A DNA stretch of 36,784 nt from Phoronis australis. Lineage: Eukaryota; Animalia; Phoronida. Every line of letters begins with the position of its first letter. Positions within the stretch are counted from its first letter, which is position 1. A program made the translations under genes and the position numbers. Under the pieces are notes generated by a model. The model did not search any database, had not been told where the DNA came from, and saw only the letters and a program-made list of their open reading frames with translations. Shown one piece after another: positions 1 to 12,900 of this stretch. The DNA lies in assembly GCA_002633005.1 (NCBI GenBank), contig NMRA01000968.1, positions 1 to 36,784 on the forward strand, written 5' to 3'.

Positions 1-3000
1 GATGTTGTTTTGGGTAAAGGAAATTGTGAGACACAATATTACGCGCTTAAGTGGATTATATATTGTTTTCTCTTTGTCAGCTGTGATGCTGTTTTAGAAG
101 ATTACAACTGTACGCCACAATCATTTTACTTAGTTTAAATGCCATTCAATTAAAACAAAAGCAGCGGATCAACCCTTCTGTTCGAATAAATTTTTCATAC
201 CCGCTCTAATAACGAAATTATCTCCCAGAGAATAAGGTGCAACATGACAGAAGGAAGAAGCGCCATCTTCAGTTCAGTACACCATTGGAGGGAGACTGAG
301 AACAGTCCAAAAGGAAATACATTACCCAAAAAGTGTACTCAGCATTCATTCGATTAGCCGAATATTTTCCATAATCCAAAAATAATTCTGGTAAATTGGG
401 CATCATATTTAAGAACTAGTTTATTCATAGAATGTTGGAAGTTTGGATCACTTACGTTGAAAATTGTGTAAATTTCGATAAATCAAATGGGTTAGGGTCA
501 AACACCAAAAATTGCAATGTTTGCAATTGAGTTCACTGTAAAATTTGGAGCTTCTGTAAAGATCCTAATTTAGAACTAATGGCTAATCGGGTGTGTTGTT
601 TGCACACTACAGTTCGAGAGGCTGATTTTGACGTTGTCACGATCTTTTGATGATATGCTCCGAGTCGGAAAGATAATTGGTACTCCTTTTCTACGTCAGT
701 CGTTGACGACTCCATGCGAAGTTGGTTCTTTTCATTGGGAGTAATCCAGCACTGCGCTTGACATTTGTTGACAAGAGCGACTATTGTCGAAACTCGCACC
801 TTTTTAGTGTTTATTACTAAAAATACAATTTACAGTAAGAATTAAAACCAGAAATCGCTAAAAGCATTATATCTGGGCGTACCTCGGTTTGTATGTATGG
901 CACACTTGCACTTTTAGCGTGATTTGACCGCGCGCTCCATACACTATGAAAGGAGTCACCTACCTGTCCTGCATCAAGCCGTATATCGTAAGAAGACAGA
1001 AGATGTGTGGTGTGTCGTTTATAGGACAGAAGATAAAATTCCGGCTAAAACCACCAAGAACTAGACGTGAGAGACGGGGAAACTACATTGCATTTGCTAA
1101 AACACCTTTTATTTAGCCGTCACCAGTAACCTCAAAACACACAGCCAACACAAAACAGACAGACTGGTCTGTTAAATATAATAATTAAACACATTTTGGA
1201 AAACCTGGCAGCCATGTTAAATGTTGATACTGAACACATACCTGAAAACGAAAAACCTGTCTGACAACAAAGACTGCGAGAACGAGCAAAAATTTCAAAA
1301 ACGTGTACTATTGGTGTCATAAGTAACTAATTTTGAAGCCATAAATAATATGAAACTGCCGTTCTGTGAATATCCACAAAATGATATACAGACTTCAAAA
1401 CCACAGCAAATTACCAACATATGTTCAGTGACTACCAGGCAACCAATCTATCACAGATTACTATTCTAAACCATGGGAACACAATTAACAAAAGGTAATA
1501 GCGTTCTAAAATTAAATAAATCATATAAACACTGACGTGAAGATTCTGGAGTTATGAAATAGGTTAACACAGATAAAAAAANAGACTTGCTCTGTTACAC
1601 AGACTATAATTTGACTTGGAGGTAAAGATAAATAATGGAAAATGGTGTGTGAGCGTAATCCAATTCACCGAGAAACGAATCCCATCAGATGATTGTATTC
1701 GGGAAGTTCTGTTTTTTATCAAAAGTCCTGAGCTGGTAATTCATGAACCCAATCCAAATAACATCTGCAGTCATTATATTTGTGCACGGATATGGCACGT
1801 CAGCTGTGTGTCTCATTGCAGGGGCACTGGAATTGGGGTAATTTGCCTACGACACGGGATCAAAGGGCACGCTTGACGTACACTAAGTGCACGCTGTATC
1901 TTTGTACCCTTTCCAAAAGTGACTTTTTGAAGCAAATTTCTTCTATAATTTGGGAATGCAAAGAAGTGTGAAGAACAAAGGAAAATCCAGACAGGTTACA
2001 AGACAACAGCAAATGCTCGAGCTAGATCTAGCAGAATATCGAAAGAGGCAAGCGTTATACTTGCAGACCTACTCGTAATATAAGTTACAGCACCTTGAAT
2101 CTTGGAGTCGCCAGGTTTTGGATCGTTCTGGACATTCTTGACAAGTTTGCGTATTTATCAAGTTATCTAAAAAAACAAAACTTTTGTGTCTTCTTTTGAC
2201 AGTAGAAAGCCTAAAGATTGATATCGGTTTCTGACTCTTCATCAATCTGACATTATCTGGCGGGTCACGTCAACATGTCCGTCAAGTAAAATCCAACAAA
2301 AAAGGTACACTGATTGCAAAACAATTTTGATTTAATCAACAATATCAATTGGCCTAAAGACAGAATGAATGTTAGTACCTGGCGCCATTATATAGTATCA
2401 GGAAGAGATAGCTCTTCCTGATAGTATATAAGGAATAGAATAGTTATCTATCGGCGGCCAGTACCCCGCCGACAAAGGGTCCGCGTGCAGCCGAACGGAC
2501 TCGAAAGCTAAAGGTCCGCAAACAAAAACAGATCACCGATATGTAACGATATCAATAACGTTCTCAAATTTTATGTGATGTCAATGTTCAAGACATGTTG
2601 TGCAGGCTGTTATATCTTCAGAAAATGTTTCGTTGTCGTTTCATGTCTTCATGGAGATCACTTAAGTTCCGTTCCATAATTGACAACATCTCCTGCAAAA
2701 GTGGAACAGTTGATAAACAATTCCTGCCAGCGTTTTGCACAACATTGCAGAAAGCTTAGTATCCAAAGTTTTCATAAGAATCTGATCACCCATTTTTGAA
2801 GTATGATGTTCCAAAATAAGCGAAATTTGATTTTTTTGTCTAGGGTTCTACATAACCTTGAACGTCTCCAGGGACCAGTTGCATAAAAGTTATACCCGTA
2901 TAGCAACGATGACGTCGCATTATCACCCGTCACGTTGTTATTGTTGAACAATACACCTGACGTCATGCAACAATCAAACTTATCCAGCGGATAACTTTTG

Positions 3001-4898
3001 AAGATTTATGGAACTCAGTCCTGGTGAATCAAACGCATTAATTTCTACACGGCCTGTTATGCGTTGGCTGGACTCTGCTGGCACGTATTGTCGCCCTTGG
3101 CCTTTGCGGTTTTTCTGAGTCAGACAAACATTGCGAAATGGAACTTTAAAACTTAAACTTTGCCCACACACTTAAAGAGGCATTTGGCGACTGTTAACTC
3201 GTCAATTGCTGAATTTTAAACCAAATATCTTTGCAGTTTAGAACATTACCATACTCATCCGACTCGGAATTATATCTGAAAGAGCTGACCAACCTTATAT
3301 CATTTTATTGGGTTTCTGATGATGTTGGTTTGGGTAAAGGAAATTGTGAGACACAATATTACGCGCTTAAGTGGATTATATATTGTTTTCTCTTTGTCAG
3401 CTGTGATGCAGTTTTAGAAGATTACAACTGTACGCCACAATCATTTTACTTAGTTTAAATGCGATTCAATTAAAACAAAAGCAGCGGATCAACCCTTCTG
3501 TTCGAATAAATTTTTCATACCCGCTCTAATAACGAAATTATCTCCCAGAGAATAAGGTGCAACATGGCAGAAGGAAGAAGCGCCATCTTCAGTTCAGTAC
3601 ACCATTGGAGGGAGACTGAGAACAGTCCAAAAGGAAATACATTACCCAAAAAGTGTACTCAGCATTTATTCGATTAGCCGAATGTTTTCCATAATCCAAA
3701 AATAATTCTGGTAAATTGGGCATCATATTTAAGAACTAGTTTTATTCATAGAATGTTGGAAGTTTGGATCACTTACGTTGAAAATTGTGTAAATTTCGAT
3801 AAATCAAATGGGTTAGGGTCAAACACCAAAAATTGCAATGTTTGCAATTGAGTTCACTGTAAAATTTGGAGCTTCTGTAAAGATCCTAATTTAGAACTAA
3901 TGGCTAATCGGGTGTGTTGTTTGCACACCACAGTTCGAGAGGCTGATTTTGACGTTGTCACGATCTTTTGATGATATGCTCCGAGTCGGAAAGATAATTG
4001 GTACTCCTTTTCTACGTCAGTCGTTGACGACTCCATGCGAAGTTGGTTCTTTTCATTGGGAGTAATCCAGCACTGCGCTTGACATTTGTTGACAAGAGCG
4101 ACTATTGTCGAAACTCGCACCTTTTTTGTGTTCATTACTAAAAATACAATTTACAGTAAGAATTAAAACCAGAAATCGCTAAAAGCATTATATCTGGGGG
4201 TACCTCGGTTTGTATGCATGACACACTTGCACTTTTAGCGTGATTTGACCGCGCGCTCCATACACTATGAAAGGAGTCACCTACCTGTCCTGCATCAAGC
4301 CGTATTTCGTAAGAAGACAGAAGATGTGTGGTGTGTAGTTTATAGGACAGAAGATAAAATTCCGGCTAACACCACCAAGAACTAGACGTGAGAGACGGGG
4401 AAACTACATTGCATTTGCTAAAACACCTTTTATTTAGCCGTCACCAGTAACCTCAAAACACACAGCCAACACAAAACAGACTGGTCTGTTAAATATAATA
4501 ATTAAACACATTTTGGAAAACCTGGCAGCCATGTTAAATGTTGATACTGAACACATACCTGAAAACGAAAAACCTGCCTGACAACAAAGACTGCGAGAAC
4601 GAGCAAAAATTTCAAAAGGTGTACTATTGGTGTCATAAGTAACTAATTTTGAAGCCATAAATGATATGGAAACTGCCGTTCTGTGAATATCCACAAAATG
4701 ATATACAGACTTCAAAACCACAGCAAATTACCAACATATGTTCAGTGACTACCAGGCAACCAATCTATCACAGATTACTATTCTAAACCATGGGAACACA
4801 ATTAACAAAAGGTAATAGCGTTCTAAAATTAAATAAATCATATAAACACTGACCAGAAGATTCTGGAGTTATGAAATAGGTTAACACAGATAAAAAAA
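1..4898. repeat. Near-identical direct duplication: 1-1581 vs 3321-4898, probably uncollapsed haplotypes
   Basis: Collinear with scattered SNPs and small indels (roughly 1-2% by eye); first copy stops exactly at the lone N at 1582. Confidence 0.9.
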
Positions 4899-5054
4899 AC
4901 AATTTTCTATTGCTTCATGGCTTCAAACTTTGGTCTTTCTTTGGCAAACGGTCAATCACGTTTTTTGGTCTACTTCATCAACACCCCCTGGAAAGATGAA
5001 CAAATTAAAAAATATATGAGAAATAAGAACACCTAAGATATAAATTGTGTTGTG

Positions 5055-5958
5055 TGCGAAACAGTTGCATTCTGTGTGTAAAGCACCTACGTACTGAGCG
5101 AAACAGCACTGTACAGTGTAGATATTGTGTGCATAACAGCTACATACTGTGTGTGCAACAACTCATACTGTGTGTGCAACAACTCATACTGTGTACCTAA
5201 CAGCTACCTATTGTGTGCATAACAGCTATGAACTGTGTGCCCAATAGCTACATACTGCGTGCATAACAGCTACATACAGTGTGCATAACAGCTACATACA
5301 GTGTGCGTAACAGCAACGAACAGTGTGCATTAACAGCTTCATACTGAGAGCACCTACGTACAGCGAGCGTAATAGCTACATACTTTGTGTGTAACAGCTA
5401 CATATTATGTGCCCAACAGCTACATACTCAGAGTGTGCTTAACAGGTTCATAATTACTGTGTGCATAACAGCTACATATGGTGTGCATCACAGCTACCTA
5501 CTGCGTGCGTAACAGCCAGCTACATTAAGTGTGCATAACAACTACCTACTGTGTGCGTAACAGCTACGTACTATGTGCGTAACAGCTACATACTCGTGGT
5601 GTGCTTAACAGCTATGTACAGTGTGCGAAACAGCAACGTAGTGTGCACGTAACAACCACGTACAGTGTGCGTAGCAGCCACATACTGTGTACGTAACAGT
5701 TACCTAGTGTGTACCTAACAGCTACATACTGTGTGCATAACAGCTATGTAATGTGTGCCTAAGAGCTACGTACTGTGTGCACAGCAGCTAGTACATGTAT
5801 GTACTATGTGTGCAACACCTACATACTGTGTGCATATCAGCTGCATACTGTGTGCATAACAGCTACGTACTGCATGCGTAACAACTACATACTGTTTGCG
5901 TAACAGCTAATACTTTGTGTGTAACTGCATAATGTGTGTAAAAAAGCTACACAGTGTG
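5055..5958. repeat. Degenerate 22-bp minisatellite (consensus AACAGCTACATACTGTGTGCRT), about 40 copies
   Basis: Direct inspection; no unique spacers. Confidence 0.92.
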
Positions 5959-6326
5959 AAACTTTAAGAGTTCGAAAAAGGTAAGAAGCTGAAGAGTTTC
6001 TAAGGTGAACCAGCAACTTAAAACTCATATTCACTATTGCCTCCCTTTTCTGTCAGTCAACCTTCTTGACCTGTCATGCCTGTGTTACATAAATGTTACA
6101 TTATCGAGTCGCCTGCACAGGAAGTTGTCACCCAATCTATGACTCAGGCAGGGAACCAGGGATTCGGTTGATTAATAAGCCAACATAACTTGTTATATTG
6201 CCAGGTGGTCGCCAGATGGAGATAATGAAATATTACGGTGAGATAAATTCTCGTGTGTAATGTGCTATTGGCAAATGACACTTGAAGCAGGACTAAGGCA
6301 TGATATAGGCCTGAGGAATAACCAAA

Positions 6327-6332
6327 TTTATT
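6327..6332 (-). terminator. Candidate polyadenylation signal (AATAAA) of CKMT
   Basis: TTTATT on + strand about 550 nt downstream of the CK stop; motif only. Confidence 0.4.
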
Positions 6333-6885
6333 TCAACTGTTGGCAGTTGGACAACTAGAGCAGTCATGATTATCTCACTGACCAATTCACAGTCATCCAT
6401 GAAGAAATATAGCAATGAACACAACCTTGTCACTAACTAGAAACTTGACGCAAGGTAGACTTTACAATTGTTGAGTAATTTGGAACATGACCCAATGTTC
6501 TTGCCAAGCTTTAAAATCATGGGTCAGCTACACAATGAGGCATGACTGGTGACTCTCTAAGTCAAAGAAAATAACGGCTAGGCACAACTAAGTCACCACA
6601 AAACTTGTTAATAGTGACAGAACTCCCACTCAAGCGGTAGAGCTTGGCAAATTATAGGGGAGATTAATTTTGAAACCCTCCATGATGATTGTGAATTCAC
6701 AAAATTTTAGTCCAGTTTTTCTTTCACAGCCAAAGTTTCTGTTTCAATCATTTTGCTGTATTAGGTCTCAAACCATGGCCAAGGGACAATGCACCAGCAC
6801 AGGAATCCCTTAACAACAATACCCCACAGTCCACTTTACACAGCCCCTGTGTCGCATACACACACCCACACACAACAAACTTACT

Positions 6886-6984
6886 CTATGGCACAAGGCG
6901 GTCGATCTTCTTCCTCTTCTCCAAAAGCTTCTCCATTTCAATTAGAAGAGACACACCATCAATGACACTCTGCACAAGCTCAAC
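6886..6984 (-). CDS. CKMT: CKMT coding exon 9 ([32 protein letters not shown])
   Basis: Manual translation; ttctag acceptor; TAG at 6888-6886. Confidence 0.93.
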   Translation of the reverse strand, partial: VELVQSVIDGVSLLIEMEKLLEKRKKIDRLVP

Positions 6985-9900
6985 CTAGAATGAGAATAGC
7001 TAAGAGTTCAGCACAGGAACAGTGCTGCCCAGTGCCTGTTGTGTAGATGCAAAATACTTGCGAAAATGCCAGCAAGTCTTTGAGACCATGTATTACTACA
7101 GCCAAGCCACGTAATCGCACTAGCTTAACTAATGAGATTCTTGCATCTATGACACTGTGCATGTTTCTGGAGACATAATGGCCATCCTCTACCACTCCTC
7201 CAAAGCTATCACCTCCATACTCATCAGCACAAGATGATGCTGTGTTAAATCCAACACGACCCCCCATCAAGTGCAGTCAGTGGTGAGTGACATATAACAT
7301 GGCTGTGGACATCAACTTACTCTCAGTTTTGTGTTAACTGGAATTTTGTTTTTGATTTCCGAAGAAGTGTTTATAGATCAATAACCACTTTCAGAGACAT
7401 GGGTTTTGTGTACAAGTTTCTTTCACGGAACAGCAGGCATCTGGTTCTCTAAGTCAGAGATTCCTGGAAGTGATTAGTAACTGCTAGGGGACGAGGTGAG
7501 CAACTTGTCTGACAACTTTTAATTTATCTGTCAATGGACCAAGTGGATAAGGTTAAAGGTTTAAAGAATAAGTTATTTATTCAGCTTTTGTTTTGATTTA
7601 ATATACTCTCAGAGTGCTTTTCGGAAACGCAGTTTTTATTTAGTTTTACTTAAACATTGACTCATTACATAGCCCAAATGGGCTGAGTGGTACATGTATA
7701 TCAAATATTGTACACCGGTGAATAGACTGAGTGGTACATGTATATCAAATATTGTACACTGGTGAATAGACTGAGTGGTACATGTATATCAAATATTGTA
7801 CACCGGTGAATAGACTGAGTGGTACATGTATATCAAATATTGTACACCGGTGAATAGACTGAGTGGTACATGTATATCAAATATTGTACACCGGTGAATA
7901 GACTGAGTGGTACATGTACATCAAATTGTACACCGGTGAATAGGTTGAAGTATATACTGTACACCGGTGAATAGGTTGAGTGGTATCTGTATATCAAATA
8001 TTGTTTTCTGGTGAATAGGCTGAGTGGTACATGTATATCAAATATTGTACACCGGTGAATAGACTGAGTGGTATATGTACATCAAATATTGTACACCGAT
8101 GAATAGGTTGAAGTATATACTGTACACCGGTGAATAGGTTGAGTGGAATTTGTATATCAAATATAATTGTTTTCTGGTGAATAGGCTGAGTGGTACATGT
8201 ATATCAAATATTATACACCGGTGAATAGGTTGTCTGAATGATACACTTATATCAAACATAAAGTACACCCGTCCGGTAAATTGGTTCAACCTGTTTGACA
8301 AGATGAGTTACTATCAATTTAATGACACCGATTCATTCATTCATCCATACAATGCTCCATGTATATGGAATGATGTCAACAACAAAAAATAAAGACTAAG
8401 ACAATTAAATTATGAAGTTCCAAAAATTGCTGTCATAGTGTGTAAAAGTTAAAACAAAGTTTGCATGAAAGATGGAGTGTTAATGGTTGCGCCATACCTC
8501 GGATTTGCCAAGGCGATCACTGTTAGAGATGTCAAAAGTGCCCCCAGTCGCCTCGGTGTCCACGCCGCCGGTACCGCGCTTCTGAAGTTTCAGCTTCTTA
8601 AGTATCTGCGGGAATCTTGGATCCTGAGAGAAAAATGGAAACACCTTTGACAAACACAAGCGCATGAAAAGCAACAAGTTCCAAAAATTTACTTCTACAA
8701 GAAAGCCACCGTACGAATCGGAGACTTCTACCTTCATTCCTACCCAGAATTCCTCAACCTACGATAAATTTCTGCCCCATGATAAATAACAAGTATATCA
8801 GTTTAGACCAAACAGCTAAGCACACAATGATGGCCTGGATAACAGTCCATTACACTCACGACTGGCTGGATGACCCAAATTTCAAAACAGTAACATCTAA
8901 GAGCATGCTACGTAGGTGCCCCGATTGTCCAAACCACATAGGTTGTTTGTTATGACCAAGAGCACTCTGACTGGCTGTTTCAGTACGAGTAGTTGAATAC
9001 CAACTGACTGTCCTGAATGGCTGAACACAGTGATTGGCTGATGGACTCACCTGACTGAGCAGGGGCAGCTTGACATGCACTCCAGCCCTGAGACCTGTAC
9101 CCAGATTACTGGGGCAGGTGAGAATGTATCCCAGGTGAGGGTTCCACATGAACTCCCAGCCGCGGGACTGGATCAGAGACTCTACCTGCAAGATGAGAGA
9201 TTAAAATACTCAATAACCTCTGAGTCAGTAAATCAAAAATACTACAATTTCTATTAATGATACATTGTGTGCATACACTTGAAATGTGCTTAAGATCCAA
9301 CAAAAAACCTGAAAATTACGGGAAAAGACTGTCTACAACCTAAACTGACCCAATGGTGATTTAAATGGAACTATGGAGTTGACATAGCATAGATTTTCAC
9401 AATTTCTCTAACTCATCAGTTATCCACCATTTTTCCACTATAGTTCTGTTATGGCAACGGTTGCAGTTGAATGAAAAGCATAGCCAGGGATCGCAAACAT
9501 CCAAAATTGAGTTATGAGGTGGAGCCATGAAGCCAACACAAGTTAACTCGAGCTGCAGGTGTACTTGGGCAGCAATACCACAAACACACTTTCCACAAAT
9601 ACTGATTAAAAATGCTTCTTCATGCTTGACTGGAATTATTTTTACGACAAACAGCAGAAACAAGGTATTCAGCATCAAAACTACGAGAAAAAAAGAAAAT
9701 TCAAGGGCAAAAAATTAGACATAACTAAAGTACACGTGTCACTAGGACAGGACCTTGGACGTTCTTTTCTGAAAGAACGATTTCTGTTGCCAGAGTGCCA
9801 ATGCACTCCAGTACAAATTTATCCCACAACACAATGTAGACAGCATAGTACACTGTTTGAAAGTGTCCCGCCTACCTGTTTAAGACCTGAGCAGAACCTG

Positions 9901-12900
9901 TCAAACACCTTCCTCATGTTGCCGCCCTTCTCCATGGAGATGACCCGCGTGTGGTCTTCTTCATTGATCCAGACCAGGAAGTTCTTGGCGTCGTTGTGCC
10001 TGCGAGAACGCGGGATGAAAATGCAGTCACATTTCGCCAAGTTGGGACACAATGTGGCAGTCAAGTATAAATATTCTGTTTCTGCATTTCTCCATGAAAG
10101 ATTTATTTACAAGAAAAATAATTGCAGGCTGTCTGGTACATGTTGAGAGCACAAAAAAGTCAGCTTACGCAATGGGATGCACCAGCCAGAATGCTTATGT
10201 TGGTACAATATCAGCACACTGATCAATCTTACCAGATGCCACGAGCGTCGGGCCAGTCACGAGCCATGCCAGATGCCAGAAGCAGAGGAGACACGGGCTT
10301 GTCAAACAGGAAGTGATCCTGCAGAGAAAGAATTTGATGTGATTTAAGCAAGCGCTGCAACATTTCGAGCACAATTATCAGCAAGATCAGCCTCAATGCA
10401 GAATTGAAACCGATCGTAGTCTAGCGGTCTGCAGGTGGAGGCGAACAGGATATAAGGCAGAACAACTTATTAAGTGTACTAAAATCATGGTAAAGTCACC
10501 GACTGTAGTTTCAGGGAATGTCAGGCAGACAACCGTGAAAATTGGCAATTTAGAATGAAATCAGAAAAACGCATGACATTTGTTGTTTCATCTGATCAAC
10601 AATAATCGTAGAAGTTCTGATGTTTTTGGTCATAAAACTAATAATTTCCCTTTAAAGTCTTATCTCCGGGGTTAATACATTTCACATACTTGAAAATATA
10701 CCCAAAAAAATAATATCTGACGTGCTGTTAGTGAAAGGTGAGGGCCATGTTATCATGGTGAAGTAAGTTTTACGTACTTTATTGGTGAAATTTTATATAA
10801 ACTGGACACTCGGGAAAAGCAACTTTTTGTCGCTTTCCCATCAATACTGCAATTCCATGCTTTGTGGAGTTCCGCCATATGGTCAAGTTTAACTCCTGAA
10901 CTTAATTAGCCATTGCAACTGCTCTCACACTAGATTCATGTAAGTGAAGAGTTGTGCAACTCTGCCTCAACGCAAAACGTTTACTCCACTTCAGCTAGGG
11001 TAATTGCTAGAGGTCACTACATCAGTGTCGCCGGACACTCGTCATTATCTCATCTTTCATTATAAACTATCAATAGTCCCATGTAAAGGAATAAAATAAC
11101 AGAATTCTGACAGAGAATAATAACACGGATGAGTTTGGCGTTATTCATCGTAACTGGAGGGAGATGCTTTTTATTTAATCTTGAAATAGTTTGAGTATGA
11201 TTCAAATGCACCACCTTGTGCTTAAGTTTGGAAACTAAGGGTTACTTTGACGACAGCAGTCAATGGGAAAGGTAAGTGGAGTTGCAGTAGAATGATTTGT
11301 GACAAACCAGAGTTCTTCGTTGCGGTTTTGGTGGGAAAGTGACATTAATGCAACATATGGACTTAAGGAACTTACCTCAATCAGCTGATCTTGTTCAGCG
11401 TCTGTCATGTTACTCAGCGGGAAGTACCTGCCTGCCAACTCCCCCTTCAGGCCATTCAGAGCATCAGTGACAACTCGCTCGACCTCACGTCGTTCAGCAC
11501 GGGAGCAGACAGGAGGAAGAGTCAGACCTCGAATGCATCGGCCAGTGCGCACTCGGCTGGAGAGTACGTAGTTAGGGTCAAACTGACCACCTCTGATCTG
11601 TTCAAATGAGAAAACCATAAACGTTTGAGAGCAATAAACAAGGTTGAAACATGATCCTAATGGTCGCTACTTAACCTGACTTGCATGACCAGGGCTAAGG
11701 CTGTCCGAGTGTACTAATGTAAAGGCACCCAAACTCGAGACCGAGCTGATATGATAACATTTTTTACTTATGTTTCAGAAGAGCCTCAAGCCAAGGCTTG
11801 GCAGTCGTGTGGTTTCGTTGATTCAAAACTAAATCATAATGAATGTTTCGCCACGTTCTACAACAGGAAATTGTCAAGTTCAAAATTCAAAATTTTACAC
11901 CAAAAAGTGCAGACTAGCTGTTTTTGTAACCAAGGCAATTGCAACAGCACGTATGCTATGGTGAACATGAAGCCGACATGCATCAATATGGTGAGACACT
12001 GCAGTCATTCTCCAACTATCCTGCACAAAAATAATTGCCATTTTCCAAAGGCTGATTAACTTTTTGAATACGATGTGAACTAGAGCAAATGTTGTTTTAT
12101 CACATCTCAACACTACAACCCATACCTGAGAGTGAGTAATTTTGGATCTTAATCTGTACTTTACTTATTTCTTGTAGTTGACAATTGAAGAGTTAACTAT
12201 ATCATGATTGTGAAGTACCTAATTGTGACACTCATAGGTCAAGGAATGGCATAATTTGTTCTAGTTTGCATCAGGCGCACTATGAAACCTACACTTCAAC
12301 CGCATGAAGAGACACTGGATGAAAAAAAAGATCCTGGCCTACAGCAGCAGACGTCAGGTGGCGCTAGGGGCAAAAAGGGGATCCGTGCCTATTTCAGCTG
12401 GCACCAGGAGACGCTGGGAAGAAAATGATCCCTAACCAGGTGACAATGGACAAACAAATACTACCACATTACCACATCACCGCTTCAATTGGGAAAAGAA
12501 AACACAAATCAGAACAGGTTAGTGATGTCGTATTGTCTTTAGTTTCATCAAGCTTCAAACAGTTCACCTTGCTTGAGTCCAGATCAGTGGGGTGCATGTC
12601 CGTCTTTTTGTAGCCTGAGTGACGCTCTTCAATGACTGGATCAAACAGATCGGCAAACACCTGAAATATAAAACAAAAATCGCAATACTTATCGGGTCAT
12701 ACTTTCAATTCAGGAACACTGGGCGATAAATTTGTGAGTTAAGTCTCTTTACAATGTGTCATTATGTTTTGGTATTATAACTAAACCAGGGCACCTAGAC
12801 TTCATTGCTGCGTTCACAATGTACATGTACACACTACTCCCTTTAGCATATCGTCAACTTGCTGAATGCCAATTTCTCATGTTGCCAAATGGAAAATGAG

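Noticed and set aside
533-4721. Duplicated ORFs (533-799/3854-4135, 1132-1320/4434-4721) and ORFs 1616-1876 and 2772-2966
   Set aside because: No recognisable domain. They recur only because of the duplication, and indels shift the frame between copies. I could not build a spliced model.
5055-8270. 22-bp and 44-bp arrays as CRISPR arrays
   Set aside because: Units are contiguous with no unique spacers, there are no cas genes, and the context is eukaryotic intronic/intergenic DNA.
9622-10146. 174-aa plus-strand ORF and other antisense ORFs over CKMT and UBAP2 exons
   Set aside because: Shadow frames of real exons with no independent motifs.
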